Origin: Eledone cirrhosa
Lineage: Eukaryota
Reading direction: 5' to 3'
Assembly (NCBI GenBank): GCA_964016885.1
Contig: OZ024740.1
Coordinates: 204,662,001-204,726,000 of the forward strand
DNA: 64,000 nt
In this document: piece by piece, positions 15,001-27,893 of the stretch
Layout: each line of letters opens with the position of its first letter
Numbering within the stretch: the first letter of the stretch is position 1
Notes under the pieces: model-generated
Seen by the model: only the letters and a program-made list of their open reading frames with translations
Told to the model about the DNA's origin: nothing
Database searches by the model: none
Translations under genes and position numbers: made by a program

Positions 15001-18000
15001 CTCAAAGAAGAACTAACATCCTTGGAAGGTAATAGCACCTTCTCAAACAAGAACTAAGATCCTTGGAAGGTAATAGCACCTTCTCAAAGAAGAACTAAGA
15101 TCCTTGGAAGGTAATAGCAACTTCTCAAAGAAGAACTAAGATCCTTGGAAGGTAATAGCACCTTCTCAAAGAAGAACTAACATCCTTGGAAGGTAATAGC
15201 AACTTCTCAAAGAAGAACTAAGATCATTGGAAGGTAATAGCAACTTCTCAAAGAAGAACTAAGATCCTTGGAAGGTAATAGCAACTTCTCAAAGAAGAAC
15301 TAACATCCTTGGAAGGTAATAGCACCTTCTCAAAGAAGAACTAACATCCTTGGAAGATAATAGCACCTTCTCAAAGAAGAACTAACATCCTTGGAAGGTT
15401 ATAGCACCTTCTCAAAGAAGAACTAACATCCTTGGAAGGTTATAGCAACTTCTCAAAGAAGAACTAAGATCATTGGAAGGTAATAGCACCTTCTCAAAGA
15501 AGAACTAACATCCTTGGAAGGTAATAGCACCTTCTCAAAGAAGAACTAACATCCTTGGAAGGTAATAGCACCTTCTCAAAGAAGAACTAAGATCATTGGA
15601 AGGTAATAGCAACTTCTCAAAGAAGAACTAACATCCTTGGAAGGTAATAGCAACTTCTCAAAGAAGAACTAACATCCTTGGAAGGTAATAGCACCTTCTC
15701 AAAGAAGAACTAACATCCTTGGAAGGTAATAGCACCTTCTCAAAGAAGAACTAACATCATTAGAAGGTAATAGCAACTTCTCAAAGAAGAATAAGATCAT
15801 TGGAAGGTAATAGCAACTTCTCAAAGAAGAACTAACATCCTTGGAAGGTAATAGCACCTTCTCAAAGAAGAACTAAGATCCTTGGAAGGTAATAGCAACT
15901 TCTCAAAGAAGAACTAACATCCTTGGAAGGTAATAGCACCTTCTCAAAGAAGAACTAACATCCTTGGAAGGTAATAGCAACTTCTCAAAGAAGAACTAAC
16001 ATCCTTGGAAGGTAATAGCACCTTCTCAAAGAAGAACTAACATCCTTGGAAGGTAATAGCAACTTCTCAGAGAAGAACTAAGATCCTTGGAAGGTAATAG
16101 CAACTTCTCAAAGAAGAACTAACATCCTTGGAAGGTAATAGCAACTTCTCAAAGAAGAACTAAGATCCTTGGAAGGTAATAGCACCTTCTCAAAGAAGAA
16201 CTAAGATCATTGGAAGGTAATAGCAACTTCTCAAAAAAGAACTAACATCCTTGGAAGGTAATAGCACCTTCTCAAAGAAGAACTAACATCCTTGGAAGGT
16301 AATAGCACCTTCTCAAAAAAGAACTAAGATCCTTGGAAGGTAATAGCAACTTCTCAAAGAAGAACTAACATCCTTGGAAGGTAATAGCAACTTCTCAAAG
16401 AAGAACTAACATCCTTGGAAGGTAATAGCACCTTCTCAAAGAACTAACATCCTTGGAAGGTAATAGCACCTTCTCAAAGAAGAACTAACATCCTTGGAAG
16501 GTAATAGCACCTTCTCAAAGAAGAACTAAGATCATTGGAAGGTAATAGCAACTTCTCAAAGAAGAACTAAGATCATTGGAAGGTAATAGAAACTTCTCAA
16601 AGAAGAACTAACATCATTGGAAGGTAGTAGCAACTTCTCAAAGAAGAACTAACATCCTTGGAAGGTAATAGCACCTTCTCAAAGAAGAACTAACATCCTT
16701 GGAAGGTAATAGCACCTTCTCAAAGAAGAACTAACATCCTTGGAAGGTAATAGCAACTTCCCAAAGAAGAACTAAGATCCTTGGAAGGTAATAGCACCTT
16801 CTCAAAGAAGAACTAACATCCTTGGAAGGTAATAGCAACTTCTCAAAGAAGAACTAACATCCTTGGAAGGTAATAGCAACTTCTCAAAGAAGAACTAAGA
16901 TTCTTGGAAGGTAATAGCAACTTCTCAAAGAAGAACTAAGATTCTTGGAAGGTAATAGCAACTTCTCAAAGAAGAACTAACATCCTTGGAAGGTAATAGC
17001 AACTTCTCAAAGAAGAACTAACATCCTTGGAAGGTAATAGCACCTTCTCAAAGAACTAACATCCTTGGAAGGTAATAGCAACTTCTCAAAGAAGAACTAA
17101 GATCCTTGGAAGGTAATAGCACCTTCTCAAAGAAGAACTAAGATCCTTGGAAGGTAATAGCAACTTCTCAAAGAAGAACTAACATCCTTGGAAGGTAATA
17201 GCACCTTCTCAAAGAAGAACTAAGATCCTTGGAAGGTAATAGCACCTTCTCAAAGAAGAACTAAGATCCTTGGAAGGTAATAGCACCTTCTCAAAGAAGA
17301 ACTAAGATCCTTGGAAGGTAATAGCAACTTCTCATGAAGAACTAACATCCTTGGAAGGTAATAGCAACTTCTCAAAGAAGAACTAACATCCTTGGAAGGT
17401 AATAGCACCTTCTCAAAGAAGAACTAACATCCTTGGAAGGTAATAGCACCTTCTCAAAGAAGAACTAACATCCTTGAAAGGTAATAGCAACTTCTCAAAG
17501 AAGAACTAACATCCTTGGAAGGTAATAGCAACTTCTCAAAGAAGAACTAAGATCCTTGGAAGGTAATAGCAACTTCTCAAAGAAGAACTAACATCCTTGG
17601 AAGGTAATAGCACCTTCTCAAAGAAGAACTAACATCCTTGGAAGGTAATAGCACCTTCTCAAAGAAGAACTAACATCCTTGGAAGGTAATAGCACCTTCT
17701 CAAAGAAGAACTAAGATCATTGCAAGGTAATAGCAACTTCTCAAAGAAGAACTAAGATCATTGGAAGGTAATAGCAACTTCTCAAAGAAGAACTAAGATC
17801 ATTGGAAGGTAGTAGCAACTTCTCAAAGAAGAACTAACATCCTTGGAAGGTAATAGCACCTTCTCAAAGAAGAACTAAGATCCTTGGAAGGTAATAGCAC
17901 CTTCTCAAAGAAGAACTAACATCGTTGGAAGGTAATAGCAACTTCCCAAAGAAGAACTAAGATCCTTGGAAGGTAATAGCACCTTCTCAAAGAAGAACTA

Positions 18001-21000
18001 ACATCCTTGGAAGGTAATAGCAACTTCTCAAAGAAGAACTAACATCCTTGGAAGGTAATAGCAACTTCTCAAAGAAGAACTAAGATTCTTGGAAGGTAAT
18101 AGCAACTTCTCAAAGAAGAACTAACATCCTTGGAAGGTAATAGCAACTTCTCAAAGAAGAACTAACATCCTTCGAAGGTAATAGCAACTTCTCAAAGAAG
18201 AATTAAGATCATTGGAAGGTAATAGCAACTTCTCAAAGAAGAACTAAGATCATTGGAAGGTAATAGCAACTTCTCAAAGAAGAACTAACATCCTTCGAAG
18301 GTAATAGCAACTTCTCAAAGAAGAACTAAGATCCTTGGAAGGTAATAGCACCTTCTCAAAGAAGAACTAACATCCTTGGAAGGTAATAGCAACTTCTCAA
18401 AGAAGAACTAAGATCCTTGGAAGGTAATAGCAACTTCTCAAAGAAGAACTAACATCATTGGAAGGTAATAGCAACTTATCAAAGAAGAACTAAGATCATT
18501 GGAAGGTAATAGCACCTTCTCAAAGAAGAACTAACATCCTTGGAAGGTAATAGCACCTTCTCAAAGAAGAACTAACATCCTTGGAAGGTAATAGCAACTT
18601 CTCAAAGAAGAATAAGATCATTGGAAGGTAATAGCAACTTCTCAAAGAAGAACTAACATCCTTGGAAGGTAATAGCACCTTCTCAAAGAAGAACTAAGAT
18701 CCTTGGAATGTAATAGCACCTTCTCAAAGAAGAACTAACATCCTTGGAAGGTAATAGCAACTTCTCAAAGAAGAACTAAGATCCTTGGAAGGTAATAGCA
18801 CCTTCTCAAAGAAGAACTAAGATCATTGGAAGGTAATAGCACCTTCTCAAAGAAGAACTAAGATCCTTGGAAGGTAATAGCACCTTCTCGAAGAAGAACT
18901 AACATTCTTGGAAGGTTATAGCAACTTCTCAAAGAAGAACTATGATCCTTGGAAGGTAATAGCAACTTCTCAAAAAAGAACTAACATCCTTGGAAGGTAA
19001 TAGCACCTTCTCGAAGAAGAACTAACATTCTTGGAAGGTTATAGCAACTTCTCAAAGAAGAACTATGATCCTTGGAAGGTAATAGCAACTTCTCAAAGAA
19101 GAACTAACATCCTTGGAAGGTAATAGCACCTTCTCAAAGAAGAACTAACATCCTTGGAAGGTAATAGCAACTTCTCAAAGAAGAATAAGATCATTGGAAG
19201 GTAATAGCAACTTCTCAAAGAAGAACTAACATCCTTGGAAGGTAATAGCACCTTCTCAAAGAAGAACTAAGATCCTTGGAATGTAATAGCACCTTCTCAA
19301 AGAAGAACTAACATCCTTGGAAGGTAATAGCAACTTCTCAAAGAAGAACTAAGATCCTTGGAAGGTAATAGCACCTTCTCAAAGAAGAACTAAGATCATT
19401 GGAAGGTAATAGCACCTTCTCAAAGAAGAACTAAGATCCTTGGAAGGTAATAGCACCTTCTCGAAGAAGAACTAACATTCTTGGAAGGTTATAGCAACTT
19501 CTCAAAGAAGAACTATGATCCTTGGAAGGTAATAGCAACTTCTCAAAAAAGAACTAACATCCTTGGAAGGTAATAGCACCTTCTCAAAGAAGAACTAACA
19601 TCCTTGGAAGGTAATAGCACCTTCTCAAACAAGAACTAAGATCCTTGGAAGGTAATAGCACCTTCTCAAAGAAGAACTAAGATCCTTGGAAGGTAATAGC
19701 AACTTCTCAAAGAAGAACTAAGATCCTTGGAAGGTAATAGCACCTTCTCAAAGAAGAACTAACATCCTTGGAAGGTAATAGCAACTTCTCAAAGAAGAAC
19801 TAAGATCATTGGAAGGTAATAGCAACTTCTCAAAGAAGAACTAAGATCCTTGGAAGGTAATAGCAACTTCTCAAAGAAGAACTAACATCCTTGGAAGGTA
19901 ATAGCACCTTCTCAAAGAAGAACTAACATCCTTGGAAGATAATAGCACCTTCTCAAAGAAGAACTAACATCCTTGGAAGGTTATAGCACCTTCTCAAAGA
20001 AGAACTAACATCCTTGTAAGGTTATAGCAACTTCTCAAAGAAGAACTAAGATCATTGGAAGGTAATAGCACCTTCTCAAAGAAGAACTAACATCCTTGGA
20101 AGGTAATAGCACCTTCTCAAAGAAGAACTAACATCCTTGGAAGGTAATAGCACCTTCTCAAAGAAGAACTAAGATCCTTGGAAGGTAATAGCAACTTCTC
20201 AAAGAAGAACTAACATCCTTGGAAGGTAATAGCAACTTCTCAAAGAAGAACTAACATCCTTGGAAGGTAATAGCACCTTCTCAAAGAAGAACTAAGATCC
20301 TTGGAAGGTAATAGCACCTTCTCAAAGAAGAACTAACATCATTAGAAGGTAATAGCAACTTCTCAAAGAAGAATAAGATCATTGGAAGGTAATAGCAACT
20401 TCTCAAAGAAGAACTAACATCCTTGGAAGGTAATAGCACCTTCTCAAAGAAGAACTAAGATCCTTGGAAGGTAATAGCAACTTCTCAAAGAAGAACTAAC
20501 ATCCTTGGAAGGTAATAGCACCTTCTCAAAGAAGAACTAACATCCTTGGAAGGTAATAGCAACTTCTCAAAGAAGAACTAACATCCTTGGAAGGTAATAG
20601 CACCTTCTCAAAGAAGAACTAACATCCTTGGAAGGTAATAGCAACTTCTCAGAGAAGAACTAAGATCCTTGGAAGGTAATAGCAACTTCTCAAAGAAGAA
20701 CTAACATCCTTGGAAGGTAATAGCAACTTCTCAAAGAAGAACTAAGATCCTTGGAAGGTAATAGCACCTTCTCAAAGAAGAACTAAGATCATTGGAAGGT
20801 AATAGCAACTTCTCAAAAAAGAACTAACATCCTTGGAAGGTAATAGCACCTTCTCAAAGAAGAACTAACATCCTTGGAAGGTAATAGCACCTTCTCAAAA
20901 AAGAACTAAGATCCTTGGAAGGTAATAGCAACTTCTCAAAGAAGAACTAAGATCCTTGGAAGGTAATAGCACCTTCTCAAAGAAGAACTAACATCCTTGG

Positions 21001-23003
21001 AAGGTAATAGCAACTTCTCAAAGAAGAACTAAGATCCTTGGAAGGTAATAGCAACTTCTCAAAGAAGAACTAACATCCTTGGAAGGTAATAGCAACTTCT
21101 CAAAGAAGAACTAACATCATTGGAAGGTAATAACACCTTCTCAAAGAAGAACTAACATCCTTGGAAGGTAATAGCACCTTCTCAAAAGAAGAACTAAGAT
21201 CCTTGGAAGGTAATAGCAACTTCTGAAAGAAGAACTAAGATCCTTGGAAGGTAATAGCAACTTTTCAAAGAAGAACTAAGATCCTTGGAAGGTAATAGCA
21301 ACTTCTCAAAGAAGAACTAACATCCTTGGAAGGTAATAGCAACTTCTCAAAGAAGAACTAACATCCTTGGAAGGTAATAGCACCTTCTCAAAGAACTAAC
21401 ATCCTTGGAAGGTAATAGCACCTTCTCAAAGAAGAACTAACATCCTTGGAAGGTAATAGCACCTTCTCAAAGAAGAACTAAGATCATTGGAAGGTAATAG
21501 CAACTTCTCAAAGAAGAACTAAGATCATTGGAAGGTAATAGAAACTTCTCAAAGAAGAACTAACATCATTGGAAGGTAGTAGCAACTTCTCAAAGAAGAA
21601 CTAACATCCTTGGAAGGTAATAGCACCTTCTCAAAGAAGAACTAACATCCTTGGAAGGTAATAGCACCTTCTCAAAGAAGAACTAACATCCTTGGAAGGT
21701 AATAGCAACTTCCCAAAGAAGAACTAAGATCCTTGGAAGGTAATAGCACCTTCTCAAAGAAGAACTAACATCCTTGGAAGGTAATAGCAACTTCTCAAAG
21801 AAGAACTAACATCCTTGGAAGGTAATAGCAACTTCTCAAAGAAGAACTAAGATTCTTGGAAGGTAATAGCAACTTCTCAAAGAAGAACTAAGATTCTTGG
21901 AAGGTAATAGCAACTTCTCAAAGAAGAACTAACATCCTTGGAAGGTAATAGCAACTTCTCAAAGAAGAACTAAGATCCTTGGAAAGTAATAGCACCTTCT
22001 CAAAGAACTAACATCCTTGGAAGGTAATAGCACCTTCTCAAAGAAGAACTAAGATCATTGGAAGGTAATAGCACCTTCTCAAAGAACAACTAAGATCCTT
22101 CGAAGGTAATAGCAACTTCTCAAAGAAGAACTAACATCCTTGGAAGGTAATAGCAACTACTCAAAGAAGAACTAAGATTCTTGGAAGGTAATAGCAACTT
22201 CTCAAAGAAGAATTAACATCCTTGGAAGGTAATAGCAACTTCTCAAAGAAGAACTAACATCCTTGGAAGGTAATAGCACCTTCTCAAAGAAGAACTAAGA
22301 TCCTTGGAAGGTAATAGCAACTTCTCAAAGAAGAACTAAGATCATTGGAAGGTAATAGCAACTTCTCAAAGAAGAACTAAGATCATTGGAAGGTAATAGC
22401 ACCTTCTCAAAGAAGAACTAACATCCTTGGAAGGTAATAGCAACTTCTCAAAGAAGAACTAACATCCTTGGAAGGTAATAGCAACTTCTCAAAGAAGAAC
22501 TAACATCCTTGGAAGGTAATAGCAACTTCTCAAAGAAGAACTAACATCCTTCGAAGGTAATAGCAAATTCTCAAAGAAGAACTAACATCCTTGGAAGGTA
22601 ATAGCAACTACTCAAAGAAGAACTAAGATCCTTGGAAGGTAATAGCACCTTCTCAAAGAAGAACTAACATCCTTGGAAGATAATAGCACCTTCTCAAAGA
22701 AGAACTAAGATCATTGGAAGGTAATAGCACCTTCTCAAAGAAGAACTAAGATCCTTGGAAGGTAATAGCACCTTCTCAAAGAAGAACTAAGATCCTTGGA
22801 AGGTAATAGCAACTTCTCAAAGAAGAACTAACATCCTTGGAAGGTAATAGCAACTTCTCAAAGAAGAACTAACATCCTTGGAAGGTAATAGCAACTTCTC
22901 AAAGAAGAACTAACATCCTTGGAAGGTAATAGCAACTTCTCAAAGAAGAACTAAGATCATTGGAAGGTAATAGCACCTTCTCAAAGAAGAACTAAGATCC
23001 TTG
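1..23003. repeat. 41-bp satellite array, consensus GAAGGTAATAGCA[A/C]CTTCTCAAAGAAGAACTAA[G/C]ATC[C/A]TTG; runs off the left edge of the window
   Basis: GAAGGTAAT recurs at 1, 42, 83 and onward, uninterrupted to about 23,003. Occasional 40-bp and 38-bp monomers come from 1-bp and 3-bp deletions. Confidence 0.99.
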
Positions 23004-23238
23004 CAAAGATTTATCCAACCTACACCCAGCATAAAAAAAAAGATCCCAAACCGACGAAAAAACTTTGTTTTCTTTCAGTATATAGTTAACAACAAATTTA
23101 AATTAAATTTTAATACCACAGCAAATCTGAAGGAAGAAATGATTCAAACAAATGGAAAAACAAAAATAGAAAACTGAAATAGGTACATTACATAAAAGAG
23201 AAAGAAAGGGAGAAATGACAAGAAAAGGTGTTTAATGC

Positions 23239-23691
23239 TTAACCCTGTAGCATTTAAATAGATCATATCTAGCCAGAATTCTCTCACCTCTTTCTATTCA
23301 AACTCGCCATAACCGGCTGCTCATACTTATGTTAAAGTATTGTTCTCAAAATAAATAATATCAACATCTAATATTCGATATTATGTGAGATAAAGTGTTT
23401 ACTGTGAAAACAATGCGGTTTGAATACACAATAGTAAATATAGAGTAGTGTAAATGTTAAAGGGTTTGAATACACAATAGTAAATATAGAGTAGTGTAAA
23501 TGTTAAAGGGTTTGAATACACAATAGTAAATATAGAGTAGTGTAAATGTTAAAGGCTTTGAATACACAATAGTAAATATAGAGTAGTGTAAATGTTAAAG
23601 GGTTTGAATACACAATAGTAAATATAGAGTAGTGTAAATGTTAAAGGGTTTGAATACACAATAGTAAATATAGAGTAGTGTAATTGTTAAA
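23239..23691 (+). mobile_element. piggyBac-type MITE, family A (TTAA|CCCTTTAGCATTTA...TAAATGCTAAAGGG|TTAA), with its right end tandemly amplified
   Basis: TTAA at 23239 followed by CCCTGTAGCATTTA. The body matches copies at 27.0, 60.3, 61.2, 63.1 and 63.6 kb. Confidence 0.8.
23417..23691. repeat. 46-bp minisatellite, about 6 copies (GGTTTGAATACACAATAGTAAATATAGAGTAGTGTAAATGTTAAAG)
   Basis: TGAATACA at 23421, 23467, 23513, 23559, 23605 and 23651. Confidence 0.97.
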
Positions 23692-23799
23692 CAAAAAAAA
23701 TATCTTCTGTGTATGCATGTATTTCAAATAGAGTAGTTAAGTTTGTATGTGCATCTTTTTAAGTGCTTAAGTGAAGCAGTATGTTCCTAATTTGAGGCT

Positions 23800-24780
23800 A
23801 TTTATCAGGGGGCAGGGGTGAAACATGCAATGGATAAAAATGGTGGAGTGCTGACTTGAAGTGACATAACATAGTGTATGGATATGTAGTGGATAGTTGT
23901 GGTAAGATAGTAAGTAGTCAGATAGTCTGATAGGTCCAAAGACAGTTTTGGTCTCATAGCAGTTGGACTTGGAGGTAAGAGATCAATGGTGATTGGAATG
24001 TCTCTGTTTCAGCAGAAGATTCACACTGAGTAGAAATGACTCCTCTATATTTTTTCAGTTTTGTTCATAGTTTACATGTATAATCATCATATTTCTATGT
24101 ATGCTTTCCATACTGGCATGGCTTGGATGGATTGTCAATGTCTGAGACCAGACAGGTCAGAGCAACTAATCTTGCCTATTACATACGACTTTTGGCATGG
24201 TTTTTATGGCTGGATGCCTTTCCTAATGCCAACCACCTTATTAGGTGTACTGGGTGTATTTTTCAAGTTAATGGCAAAACCACTTTAGAGAAAAATTTGA
24301 AAAGTGGTGAAACTCACAGAGAACACCTCTATGGCCTGTTTGTTGCCAACCTTTGATAACAGAGGGTGAAACAAGATGTAGAGAGTTTATGATTTCAAGA
24401 GTTCTTATATGAGTGATATTAATATGAGATGAGTGTGAGAGCCAGGAGCAGTTGTGAGCATTGAAATCACTGATAACATTGACGTCAGAGAAGGATGAAG
24501 TAAGAGAGATAACCTTGGGGAGGGGTGAAGTAAGAGAGATGGCCTCAATCAAGGAGGAGATACGGTTGAAGATTTGTTGGAGGATTTCAGAGAATAGTAG
24601 TTGATGCATTTCGAAAGATGAGGGAAGGAGACATTGAACCAGACTAACTGAAATTCCTTGTTTCTGATGTCTAGGTATGGGAAGTCTATGTTGGAACAAA
24701 ACCTACAGTTATTAGATTAAAGAAGGAAGAATTGACCAGGTGGTTTTGTTCTGGTGTTTGGCATCTTGGAGTAGTAGATA
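23800..24780 (-). pseudogene. Degraded AP-endonuclease region of a Jockey/CR1-like LINE
   Basis: ORF 24268-24699(-) contains VISDFNAHNCSWL, resembling the GDFNAHHxxW endonuclease motif. It is interrupted by an RTE 3' fragment at about 24085-24265. Confidence 0.5.
24084..24265 (-). mobile_element. RTE LINE 3'-end fragment
   Basis: CATCAT tail remnant plus GCTGGATGCCTTTCCTAATGCCAACCAC, shared with the 3' UTR of the RTE at 32.2-33.6 kb. Confidence 0.7.
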
Positions 24781-25267
24781 AAATACCTTGCAATTTTTAT
24801 CCTGACCCCTTGTATTCCAAGTTCAAATTCTGCTGAGACTAACATTGCTTTTCATTATACCGGGGCCAATAAATAAAGTCCCAGTTTAGACTGGTGGGCT
24901 GCAGAATTGTTAGAACATCAGGTGAAATACCTTATGGTATTTCATCTGGCTATTTGTATTATGAGTCCAAATCCCTGTCATGGTTCAGTTTAACACCACC
25001 ATCTAACCAGTGGGTGCTTTTGGTAGAATTCAGGTCAGATCTCTTCCTCCCTCATTTTCCTGTTCTTGGAGGCTCTGAAAATCATTATAAACACTACCCT
25101 TCTCCTGACTAGGTGATAAAAAATATTCAACCTAAATTAAAATATCTGAAACAAGCTAGTGTTGCTTGACATTGCAGTGCAGTCTGTAGAGGCATCTTTA
25201 CTAATATTTTATGTTCAAGTATTGCAGATTGACAGATGTTTCCAATAATGTCAATGCTGCAAGTGCT

Positions 25268-25504
25268 TTAACCCTTTTAATACCAACCTGCCCAAAAATG
25301 CCTCTGGTTCTATGAAACAAAACCAACTATTTTAAAGGATTCCTATTTAAGTTAAAACTTTCCAGCATATGTATATATATATATATATATATTTAACAAA
25401 TATCATCTTAATGAAATAATTATTTAAGTAAATCTCCCCAAATTCTTCATTAATTAATTCAAATACTGTGTTTTTCATGAGAAATATGGTAACAAAAGGA
25501 TTAA
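25268..25504 (+). mobile_element. piggyBac-type MITE, family B (TTAA|CCCTTTTGATACC...GGTAACAAAAGGG|TTAA); related copies near 26820, 27497-27770, 28747-28980, 29133-29604 and 35517-35757
   Basis: TTAACCCTTTTAATACCAACC at the left end and ATGGTAACAAAAGGATTAA at the right end. Internal sequence is shared among the copies. Confidence 0.7.
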
Positions 25505-25847
25505 TTCCATTTCCTTGCTAAAGCCGATTCCATATTAGGCTTCATACTCATCATGGAGCCCTTTTTCAGACCATGTTTCTCAGCTGAATGCCCTTTCTAA
25601 TGCCAATCTTTTTAGTCACTTCTTGTGACACACAGGGATACGGTGTACCTATTCTAAACCAGATACACAGTCAGTTTTTAAGGATATCAATGTAGGTTAG
25701 AGTTATACCTATCATGACGAGAGCATTATGGAAGACTTTATGATCTATACAACCATTCAGGTAACACTCTAAAGTGGTAATGCTAGTGGCATTATAAAAT
25801 GCCCCCAGTACACTCTGTAAAATGATATTGCTGGTGTCATCATAAAG

Positions 25848-26183
25848 TCACTAACTAACATCTGGTATTCAGTAACTAACATCTGGTAGTCACTAACTAA
25901 CATCTGGTATTCATTAACTAATATCTGGTATTCACTAACATCTGGTAGTCACTAACTAACATCTAGTAATCACTAATTAACATCTGGTAGTCACTAATTA
26001 ATTAACATCTGGTAGTCACTAATTAATTAACATCTGGTAGTCACTAATTAATTAACATCTGGTAGTCACTAATTAATTAACATCTGGTAGTCACTAATTA
26101 ATTAACATCTGGTAGTCACTAATTAATTAACAAATGGGAATCACTAATTATTTAATAGCTGGTAGTCACTAATCAACATCTGG
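25848..26183. repeat. 21-25 bp minisatellite (CACTAA[C/TTAAT]TAACATCTGGTAGT)
   Basis: AACATCTGGTAG-type motif recurs about 15 times. The unit lengthens from 21 to 25 bp along the array. Confidence 0.95.
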
Positions 26184-26619
26184 TTGCTACTGTTGTCTAT
26201 TGGCTCCAACAATTAGTATTCCAGTTGTTCAATCAACAGAACAACTTGCTCTTGAAATTACCATACAAGTGACTGAGCATTCCACAGACACAACATCTAG
26301 TAGTTACTAAATATACAACAATGAGTAACCTCTGATTCATAGAAGAAAATATTTTTAGAAAGAGTTCATCAGGTTTGAATATTTTAGCAGTCCCAATCAG
26401 TATCTATTGAGACCAGAGATGTGAACAGTAGTTAATTGAATGTATGTATGGTCCTGGAGTTGTCATGACATATGGTATGTTTTGTGCAATTTAAACCAGA
26501 GCCCATCTCCTCTCCACGTCTGAACAGTCAATTTGTTACAGAGAAAGCGAGAGAAAGTAAGAAAGAGAGTGAGAAGGTGAGAGAGGAAGTGAGAGAGGAA
26601 GTAAGAAAGAGATATACAG

Positions 26620-26765
26620 GAAGAATTGATTCCACTACTGGTACTTTCTTTTTTATCAACCTTGAAAGGATGAAAAGTAAAGTTGACCTTGGTGAGATTT
26701 GAACTCAGAGAGCCGGAACAAATATTGCAAAATATTCTATCCAGACTCTTAATTCGTCACCTTAG
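26620..26765 (-). mobile_element. tRNA-derived SINE, family 1, degraded
   Basis: Reverse complement of GAGTTCAAATC...TTTCATCCTTTCAAGGTTGATAAA...GTACCAGT. Confidence 0.75.
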
Positions 26766-27015
26766 AGTTAATTGAATACTTGAGAGAAAAGTTACAAATC
26801 TATCTGGTCAAATGTAGGTTTAACCTTTTCCTTACCATATTTCTAATGATATTCAAATCATATTGAAAATATTAATTTGAAGGAATTTAATAATATAACT
26901 TTCTCATTATTAAGCTGGTATCTGAAGTATAGTTTAACTCATAGTCCTGTACCACATGAGACAGCAATACTGAGACAGTCTTGAAAAGTACAAAACAGCA
27001 GCATGAATGCATCAC

Positions 27016-27217
27016 TTTAAACTGGCTGTATCTGGACAGAATTCTCTCACATCTTTCCATTTAAACTAGTCGTAACTTGCTACTCATACTAATATTAAGG
27101 AATTGTTCTCAAAATAAATAATATCAAAATCTCCTAAATTCGATATTATGTGAGATAAAGCGTTTACCACAAAAATACAATAGTATATATAGAATAATGT
27201 AAATGCTAAAGGGTTAA
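27016..27217 (+). mobile_element. piggyBac-type MITE, family A, left TIR missing
   Basis: Ends TAAATGCTAAAGGG|TTAA at 27217; body matches family A. Confidence 0.75.
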
Positions 27218-27893
27218 ATATTAAAGTTTTTTAATTAACTGCAAATTTTCTCATAAGATAATCATTTTTAGATATTTTCTGCTAAATTAAAAAAGGATGT
27301 TAAAAGTTCTTACATAAAATTATGATGGAAGGTTCTTAAATATATACACTTCAAGATAAACAATTTTGTATAGATCTAGGAGTGGTTTAGTATCAAAAGG
27401 ATGAACTTCAACTGAAGTCAATACTATGAAATAAATAAACAGACTGAGTTAGCAAGAGACAGAACAGAGTTAATTACATACAACCATATGTTTATTTACC
27501 CTTTTGATCTCAACCCGCTTAAAACTGATTCTTTGAAACAAAACTTAGGGTTTTTATTTAAAGTAAAGCCTTACAAAATATTTTGATATAAGAAAACTTT
27601 TGTAAAGCTATGTTACGAATACCATCTTAATAATGAAATAATGATTTCATTTATTGGCCATTTATAGTGGAAGTTGTTATTTTATCATAGAATCTGAAGC
27701 AGTCTCAGGTGGTGTTAGTAGCATAGAACCAGGGGCAGTCTCTGGCAGAGGGATATCAAAAGAGTTACAGAACCCTACTAGCTACAACTACACATTTATC
27801 ATATCAAAATATCATCATCACCATTTAACATCCATTTTCCACAAGCTTATCAAGTTTCATCTAAATTGTTAAGTCTAAGTATGTCATTGAAAA

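Noticed and set aside
1-23003. CRISPR array or coding repeat
   Set aside because: There are no unique spacers and no cas genes. The 41-bp unit is not a multiple of 3 and has stops on both strands.
23004-23060. Satellite derived from an RTE tail (TCCAACCTACACCCAGCAT resembles TCCAACCCATGCTAGCAT)
   Set aside because: The similarity is short, and the monomer itself does not align convincingly to the RTE UTR.
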